From Ascoidea asiatica JCM 7603 (taxonomy: Eukaryota > Fungi > Ascomycota): DNA of 64,000 nucleotides. Positions 56,065 to 64,000 of this stretch are shown in pieces. The stretch lies in contig BCKQ01000001.1 of NCBI GenBank assembly GCA_001600695.1, positions 1,279,949 to 1,343,948 on the forward strand, written 5' to 3'. Both the position numbers and the translations under genes were made by a program. Each line of letters starts with the position of its first letter. The stretch's first letter is position 1. The notes below the pieces were generated by a model that saw only the letters and a list, made by a program, of their open reading frames with translations, searched no databases and was not told the DNA's origin.

Positions 56065-58679
56065 TTATCCAAATAGAACCAAATAAAAAATTAATGAGAT
56101 ATTTGCAATAAAAAGCAAAATTAAAATTAATAGATTTGAAAATATAGAAAGAGGAATAGAAACACCAAACAAGAAATAATTACCAATTATAAATTTTAAT
56201 AAAAATTGATAAGAAACTGCTTCTCCAACTAATGTGAAAAAAAATGGAGAGGTAAGTTTTCTTAAATTTAAATAGGAATCTTGATGATCAAAATTATTCT
56301 GATTTAAGAAAAAATGAAACAATTTAGCTGAGAAAACTCTTATCAGAAGTAATTCAATCATAATTAAAATTGCTTTTAATAACAAAATTTTATAAAATCT
56401 TTTGAAAAGTAAAATTGTATAAATAAATGGGGATTCTTTTATTTTACGTAATCTTTCAGTAATTTTTAAAAATTTAGAAGAATAAATGAATGAGTCCACT
56501 CGATTTGAAGGTGAATTTGAAACATTTGATGTTATAGATAATCTTCTTTCTTTTATTGGAGATTCTGTATCACTTAATTCATAGTTGGATGAATAATCTT
56601 CGTCATTTTCATCAATAGCTGATTGGAATTTAGTTAAATCATCATCTATTTGAACAGAGGTATTTGTATATGAATTATTTGTATCATTGAATGGAGTTTT
56701 AGTTTTGAATATTGGTTCATTTAACAGATTATTATCAAGAAAATTATTTAAACTTATGATAATATTTTCAGTTAATGGTCTTCTATCAGGATTATAATTT
56801 AACAAAGATTCAAGTAAATCATAAATATGTATAGGAAGTTCATTTCTATAATAATTATTTTTAAAATCAGAAGATTGAAGAAATTCAGATATATTAAAAT
56901 TGATAATTTTGTTTTTTAAATTTAAATATTCTAATTCGTTTGGATCATTAGGATCAGAACAATTTGTTTTACTTATATCATCATTGAAAGGTAATTTACC
57001 AAAACAAAGAAAAAATAAAATCATTCCTAAACCAAAAATATCAGTTTTTTTATTAAAATTATTAAGATTTTTAGAATTTTTAAAAGTAAAAAACTGAGAA
57101 AATTTATGATTATTATTTTGATCTTGTGGTAAAAGAAGTTCAGGTGCAACAAATTCTAATGTGCCAGTTGAGCCTGTAGATGATCTTTTATTTCCCTCAA
57201 ATTGACTTTCGCCAAAATCAGAAACAGAAACAGTAGGTAAAGCATTAAAATAATCATAATAATGACTTTTTTTTAATTTTTTTGAATTTGAAATTTTATT
57301 ATTAATTGTGTCATCGTTAAGATCAATTTTATATTTAAAATTTAATTTTGAAGAAGTTTTCAAATCATATTTATAAGATAATAAACAATTTGAAGGTTTT
57401 AAATCTCTATGAATGATATGAGATTTATGTAATTGATTTACACCATAAACAATATCTTTGAAAAATTTTAAAATTTCCAAATAATTTAGAAATCTAGCTT
57501 TCTTATTTATATTACTGTTATCATTATCTAAAAGTTCAGATGCAGATTCAGGTTTCAACTTTGATTCAGAATTTAATTTTCTTTTTAATTTTCTTTTTTG
57601 TCTAATAATTTCTTTTTCATCAATTTTTGAGAATTTTGGATGTAAAAAATTTAGTACGAGTTCTTCAAGATTACCACCATCACAATATTCAGTTAAAATA
57701 AAAGCACATGGAATTTTTGGACCAAATTTTGTTATTGAGTCAATTTCTAACCAAACATGATTATATTTAACTAAATTTAAATTATTATGACTTAAAATAC
57801 ATAACATTTCAACTTCATTTAAAATTTTTTTTAAATTATTTGAATCATTACCAATTGGAATTTTTTTTAAAGCGAAAAACCCTAAAGAGAAATTATTTAT
57901 AAAATGTTCAACTTTATAAACAATGCCAAAAGAACCTTTACCTAAGATTGAATTAATTTTAAAAAATTTTTGAAAATAATCTTGAGTGAATAAATTTTTT
58001 GGAAGTTCTTTATAAATATTTGAATTTATTGAAGTATCAATTGAAGTTTCAATTGAAGTTGAAATTGATGGATTATTCAGTTCTGAAAAATTTGTTATAT
58101 TTTTACTAATATTATTGATATTATTGATATTTGAAGTAGATTGAAAATTTGAAGAAGAGGCAGCTAATAATTTGAAATAATTTAAATCTATAAATCTTTG
58201 ATTTGGATTTGAATTAAATTTTGAAGAACTATTATTATTATTTTGAATATGATTATGATTTTCAATACTTTTTGAATCATTGGTATTAATATTATTATTG
58301 TTATTGATATTAAATGGTCTTCCACAACTAGGACATATAGTTGATTGTAATAATAAATCTTCTGAATTGAAAGTACTATTATTATTAGTTAAATAAGTCA
58401 ATTGAGATTGAGAATGAGATTGAGGATTTAAATTTGAACTCAAGTTTGAAGAAGGTTTTCCATGAGAATTGATCTGTAATAACTGATATTTATTTGAAGA
58501 AGAATCATGTAAAACCAAGGCATTTCTTGAAGGATCATGTCTTTTTTAATAATATAAATCTGGGTTAGTAATTTTTTCTCTCTTTAAAGGTTGAAAGTTT
58601 TTAATAATTTGAAATTTAGTTTTATTCATACTTACAAAACGACACTTAGTGATTCATCATTATATAAGATCAATGACAT
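56065..58679 (-). CDS. IKS1: Iks1 Ser/Thr protein kinase, 2 exons (58679-58636, 58540-56065), 839 aa
   Basis: MSLILYN..VVLHDPSRNALVLHD N-terminus restored by intron GTAAGT/TACTAAC/AAG; CPSCG, YFKLL, GKGSFG, YNHVWLE, FGPKIPCAFIL, HRDLKPSN, DFGES, GTLEFVAPE; hydrophobic C-terminus. Confidence 0.9.
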
Positions 58680-59012
58680 ATTGCAATTGTATTTGATATT
58701 GTAATTGAATTGATTTGCATATATTAAAAAAAACAAAAGGAAATAAAGAAAAGATAGAAACAAGAGATTAATTAATTATTATATAAATGGGGATATTAAG
58801 CGCTGAAAGAATAAAGGTGTAAAAGTGTAAAAGTATTAAAAGTATTAAAAGTATTAAAAGTATTGAAAGTATATCCCCATGTTTTTCTTCAGGATCATCT
58901 GAGCTCGGGACCACAAAACTGGCGACAAACTGACCTCGACCGAAAGTAAAACAAAAGAGGTCAGTGAATAACACCAGTGAATAAAATACAGAAGAAGCAT
59001 TGCTTTTTGAAT

Positions 59013-59714
59013 TTATATTCTATTATTATTGGAACCATTATTGGCTTTTCTACTATTTCTACCACCTAAACATTTATCTATATGACTTGCAAATCTATTT
59101 GCAGCATGTCTTCTACCACAATTTGGACAATAAAAATAATATGAAGAATCACTTATTTTTTCTTGACCGAAAATATCTTTTCCTTTAATTTTAAACCATG
59201 TAATTCTTTTAGTTAATTTACCCTTTTCAACTATTGATGAAGATGATGTTTTATCCTTTGATAACAAATCTGAATTTCCATTTCCATTCCCGAAAGCGTT
59301 ACTATTCTGTGACATTAAAGCATTACTTAATTCATCATTATCAATTCTTCCATATTCGGATCTTAATAATTGTTCTTTTAATAAAACTTCAGCTGCAATT
59401 TCATGAGTTATAGTTTGTAATAATTCTTCGAGTATTTCCACACTCTTTTTTGAAAAGTAAATTGAAAATTAAATTGAAAAGTATAAAGTTCCAGTTAGTA
59501 GTTTTTTTCAAATTTTTTTTTTTTTTTTTTATATTTTTCATTTATGAGATCATCATCTTATGTAAATTAAATCCTCTAGATCGGATAACGAAAAAAACGA
59601 AAAAAACGAAAAAAACGAAAAAATGAAAAAAGGTAAAAAAGGTAATAATAGTTTATTTTTTTTCATTTTTTGAATGAGGCATACCATAGAACCAATAGTT
59701 AATCTTTGGGACAT
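59013..59714 (-). CDS. SGF11: SAGA deubiquitination module subunit Sgf11, 2 exons (59714-59685, 59444-59013), 153 aa
   Basis: MSQRLTIGSM|SVEILEELL N-terminal helix, DIFGQ and zinc finger CPNCGRRHAANRFASHIDKCL; intron GTATGC/TACTAAC/AAG. Confidence 0.9.
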
Positions 59715-59953
59715 CTTGTCATTTTATTTCCTATTGAAAGATATAAAACCAGAAAAATCGAATAAAAAATAAGTAAATCCAAAGAAAGAGAAGCAGAAGA
59801 ATCAGACCTCACTTTTTTTGCCTACTGCAAGTGAGGAAACTCTACCAGCAGCTAATCATAAGATATCCACCGAGTTAACTATTTGTGCTACAAAACCTAT
59901 CACAGGAACACAGGCGGATTCAAAAGAAACCGGCGCGTCAAGGATTTCATTCC

Positions 59954-60556
59954 GTGTCTTCTAGAACAAAACTTTATTTTATTTCTTTTCTTAAGTATGG
60001 GAAGTAAACTTTCACATACTAAATTTACAAATATATTCTTACGATGAGTTACCCGCTCCTATTTTTCACGAATATAAATAGGGCACTTACCGTTCATATT
60101 TTTTATATAATTTTTATATATTTTATATTTTAATTAACAATTGTTTATAATTTGAATTAAATATCTTCTTAGTAATAATTAGATATTTCGTTCGAACTAC
60201 AATCAAATTTATTAAAAAATTTGGAACATCAATACCTTATTAAAGATAAGTATTTTTATATTTTTTTATTGTTTTCTATTTTCCAAGGTAGGTCTGTGTA
60301 CGACTTTAAGTCTCTTATTATTATACTAACAAAAGAGGGATTTCGAAAAGTGATTAAGCCTCTGACATCTAATTCCCTCCTATATTATTTAGGACACTTG
60401 TGGCCGATATAGATCATTGTTCTTAGCTGTATGTTGCCTAGGGTTAACTAGTAAATAGTAGTAATTTAATACAAATTGAGTTGTTTGAAATCCAGTCTTC
60501 TGGTCATTGCAACGAAAAAACTAAAACCAACTTTATATTGTATGGAAGTGTTAACA
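59954..60556 (+). repeat. 5' LTR (5'-truncated; right boundary tentative)
   Basis: 59954-60159 matches 63795-64000 with 5 mismatches; TATAAATA at 60073. TTAACA ending at 60556 would mirror TGTTAA at the presumed 3' LTR start. Confidence 0.65.
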
Positions 60557-60790
60557 CAATGAAAGAATCTACTAATATATTTTTTTTAATATTACTTTCC
60601 ATTTAAAATTATTTGTACTACTAATACTTCAACTAATCTTACTATTTATTGGCTTTTTTTAATTATAATACTCTATTAAATTCAACTTTAAAAAAAAAAA
60701 AAAAAAAAAAAAAAATTTCCAAAACCAAATAATTTTTTTATACACATAACTAAATATAATCAACACTACTTTAACTGAAAAAATATAATC

Positions 60791-61285
60791 ATGGCTGACA
60801 CAATTAAATCTATATCCAAAAAATTTAATAACAACATTGCCTTAAATGAAGTTACAGTTTATAAAATAAATAAACAAATTACATCAGTTAGTGGATCAAC
60901 CAACAAACTAAGATCTAATGTTAGTGAAAGATATAAAAGTCAAAAATCAAATACTCTTAAATACAGTAAGCATTTTGATGATTTAAAGTCTACTATTGCA
61001 AATCAAACATCGGATATAGATTTTACTGAAAATATGCTTAAATCCATTACATCTTCTTTATCTAAAACCTCTACAATTAATGATCCTGTTGCTCAAATTA
61101 AACAAGAAGATGCTTCTGCTTCAGACACAACTAGTGCTACAGCTAATAAAAATGTTGCTGCTCATCCAAATGTCAATACTGGAAATGAAATGCTATTAGT
61201 GTTAGGCATTATTTTCCTCTGCCATCTATTGATATTTGCCTTAGTAAACTCAATGGTGCTGAATACTTCAGTTGTTTGGATATGA
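60791..61285 (+). pseudogene. gag-like N-terminal fragment fused out of frame to RT sequence
   Basis: First ORF after the LTR; from about 61189 the same DNA encodes RT (NAISVRHYFPLPSID) in another frame, marking a deletion junction. Confidence 0.6.
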
Positions 61286-63541
61286 ATAATGGCTTTTACT
61301 AAATTGCTTTAGATAATGATAGTAAAGCTAAAACTGCTTTTTCTTTCAATTCAGGTCATTATCAATTCAATGTCATGCCTTTTGGCTTAGTCAATTGTAC
61401 TTATACCGTTCAATCATTTATGATGAAAATTTTAGGCCACCTACCTTATGTTATGGTTTATGTTGATGATATTATTAGTTACAGCCATAATAAAGCAGAT
61501 CATATTGATCAAGTTAATGAGGTCCTAACTCAACTTGAAAAAGAAAAACTTCCATTAAATGTGAAGAAGTCAAAATTCTTTTGCAAAGAAGGTAAATTTT
61601 TAGGACATATTGTTTCCTCAGAAGGAATCAAAACTGATCCTACAAAGATCGAGAAATCTTAAATTGGCCATTACCAAAATCAATTACTGATATAAGAGGT
61701 TTCATTAACTTATGCTCATATTACCGAAAATTTATCTCAAATTTTTCTCAACAAATGATCCCACTTACAGACTTATTGGTTGGGTCTCCTAAACCAGGAA
61801 CAAAAATTGAATTAAAACCTTCTCAAATCGAATGCTTTACATCAATGAAAAAAGCATTAACTACTGCTCCTGTTTTAAAAGCATTTGATCCTGAGAGAGT
61901 TGCAATTTTAGAAACTGATGTTTCTGACTTTGCTTTAGGTTGTGTATTACTCCAACCCTATAAAAATGAGAACACTGGAATAATCCAATTATATCCTGTT
62001 GCTTTTGAATCAAGAAAATTTTCAAAAACACAACAAAAGTATTCTGCTCGAGAGATAACTTTTAGCTGTTGTTCATTCATTGATTCATTTTCAAAAATAT
62101 ATTGAAGGATGCAAAATTATTGTTAGAACCGATCATGAATCTCTTCAATATATTAGAACTAAATGAGATCCTGGAAAAAGAGTTAGAAAATTCATTGAAA
62201 TCATTGAACATTATGATTGTGATATTCAATATAAGCCTGGAAAACAAAATGTGGTTTCTGATTTACTATCAAGAAGGACTGATTTGGTTGATGAAAAAGC
62301 AAACGAGACATTAATGGAAATTGATGAACTAAATGAAACTGAAACTCAGATCAAAACCATCAAATCAACTACATATTAGAATTAAAGATCGTTTAGCTAT
62401 TGTTTTAAGTGAAGATAAGTTTAAGGAAGTCTCTGAAAAAGTTGATCTTTCAAATGCTCACTGTTCCATTGGAAATCTACAAAACATGGTAAATGAAAAA
62501 TACTTTCATCCTGATAGTATTCTATTATTTCAAGAAGTTATTAGAGTTTGTGCTCATTGTCAGCTTATGAAAAAGCCATCAGCTATTTCTAAGACATTAA
62601 CTTCAATTCTTTTTGCAACAGCCTTCTCAAGATAGGGGATGGATTATATTGGTCCTTTTCAAAAAACTTCATCTGGAAATAAATTTTGTATCACTGCAAT
62701 TGATTATGGTACAGATTATGCTTATGCTGTTGCAACACTAGATACTGGCTCGTTACATATTTTAAATTTAATTCAAACTATCGTCACTAACCATGGTCAA
62801 ATAAAAGAAATAATTATGGATAATTGTTCTGGTTTTGCTGCAAATAATGTTATTGAGAAAGTAGATTCCTTAGGAATCAAATGTCGCAAAACCACTCTAT
62901 ATCACCCAGAGACTAAATGTAAGAAGTTCAATGGTTTATTCAAACAAATTTTATTTCATTTGAATGTTTCCTCAGAATGGGACCTCCTTATCAATGCTGC
63001 ATTAAATCAATACAGGTCAGGAAAGTCAAAATATGGGTTTTCACCTTACCTTTTAACTTTTGGTGTATATTCATGTTCAAGCAATAATATGCAGCCTTAT
63101 GCAGGAGAACCGACAGAAGCCGAGGATCAAGAAGCTACTCAATTAAGAGTCTTACAAATTCAAAAGCTAATTAAAAAAAGAAACGAACATTCTAAAATTA
63201 AATGGAACAATGCAAATGCCAAAAGGAACTTTCAAGAAGGCAAAGCAGTCATTAAAGTTTTTGAAGTAGGTGATTCTGTTTTAAAACAAAGAGTTAGAAA
63301 CCATAAATTAGAAGTATATTATGATGGTCCACATATTGTGAAAAAGGTTTTTGATAATAATGTTTACAAACTTTCTACTTTAAACGGTGCTCATATTAAA
63401 AATAAATTAAATTGTAATAGATTACTTGCTGCGGTGGCTGACGATTCGCATCCAATTAAAAATGTTTTCAATCATTCTCAAAAATTAGTAAATGGTGATA
63501 GATCAAGATTAACTAAAATTGCAAGGGCCTTGAATTTGTAA
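61189..63541 (+). pseudogene. pol remnant: reverse transcriptase, RNase H, integrase
   Basis: FPLPSID, FSCLDMNNGFY*, KTAF, VMPFGL, YVDD, FLGH, TDVSDFALG, VRTDHESL, CAHCQ, MDYIGP, DNCSGF and YDGPH. Stops at 61300, 62164 and 62633; frameshifts near 61655, 62055 and 62350. Confidence 0.93.
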
Positions 63542-63558
63542 ACGTGGGGCTATTTGAT

Positions 63559-64000
63559 TGTTAATTATTTTATTCTCTTATTGGAATTGTCTTCGAATAT
63601 TCTAGGCTATTCTTAGACTTTCGAAGATTGCATAGATTGTTCTACGACTACATTCTATTACGTTCTCAGAACTTTCGTGTGCATGTTAAATGTACTAGAA
63701 CGTTCTGGGTCTGCATTATTTATTCTTTCTTCGAAGTTCTGTGTGCATCTCGAATGTACTGGAATTTTGTGTTGTTTGTTTTTAGAATGAAGTAGTGTCT
63801 TCTAGAACAATACTATATTTTATTTATTTTTTTAAGTATGGGAAGTGAACTTTCACATACTAAATTTACAAATATATTCTTACGATGAGTTACCCGCTCC
63901 TATTTTTCACGAATATAAATAGGGCACTTACCGTTCATATTTTTTATATAATTTTTATATATTTTATATTTTAATTAACAATTGTTTATAATTTGAATTA
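63559..64000 (+). repeat. 3' LTR (partial, extends beyond window)
   Basis: Follows the integrase stop and a short G-rich tract; TGTTAA is the candidate terminus; 63795-64000 repeats the 5' LTR. Confidence 0.75.

Larger units (their letters stand above)
59954..64000 (+). mobile_element. Degenerate Ty3/gypsy LTR retrotransposon, internally deleted, runs off the window
   Basis: Direct repeats 3841 bp apart flank a gag-like ORF and RT, RNase H and integrase fragments in gypsy order. Confidence 0.95.

Noticed and set aside
61189-61285. Hydrophobic tail of the 164-aa ORF as an env-like or TM segment
   Set aside because: It is out-of-frame RT sequence after the deletion junction.

Overview
This is a gene-dense, very AT-rich eukaryotic window from a budding yeast (Saccharomycotina). 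Extreme AT content, poly-Asn tracts and short spliceosomal introns recall Ascoidea-like yeasts, but this assignment is inference. Recognisable genes in order: ADE2 (3' end), a CSN7/CSN9-like PCI protein, an ATF/SLI1-family acetyltransferase (1 intron), SEC7, a secreted class-3 lipase, a secreted aspartic protease split by one in-frame TGA, ARG82, URC1/urg1-like GTP cyclohydrolase, intron-containing tRNA-Ser(GCT), SSO-type syntaxin plus a truncated tandem paralogue, RPP2 (ATG split by an intron), a 4-exon COI1 homologue missing from the ORF track, ERG27, ERV2, TIF5, RRP9, YPP1, LYS14-like Zn2Cys6 factor, IKS1 and SGF11 (both with A6-G 3' splice sites). Three orphan ORFs and a decayed Ty3/gypsy LTR retrotransposon at the right edge complete the window. 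Best candidates for new biology: the anchorless syntaxin paralogue, the TGA-interrupted but otherwise intact protease, altered catalytic motifs in the URC1-like enzyme and the acetyltransferase, unusual splice signals, and GC-rich promoter islands carrying a recurrent GAGACC motif. All calls come from manual reading and recalled family motifs; no searches were run.
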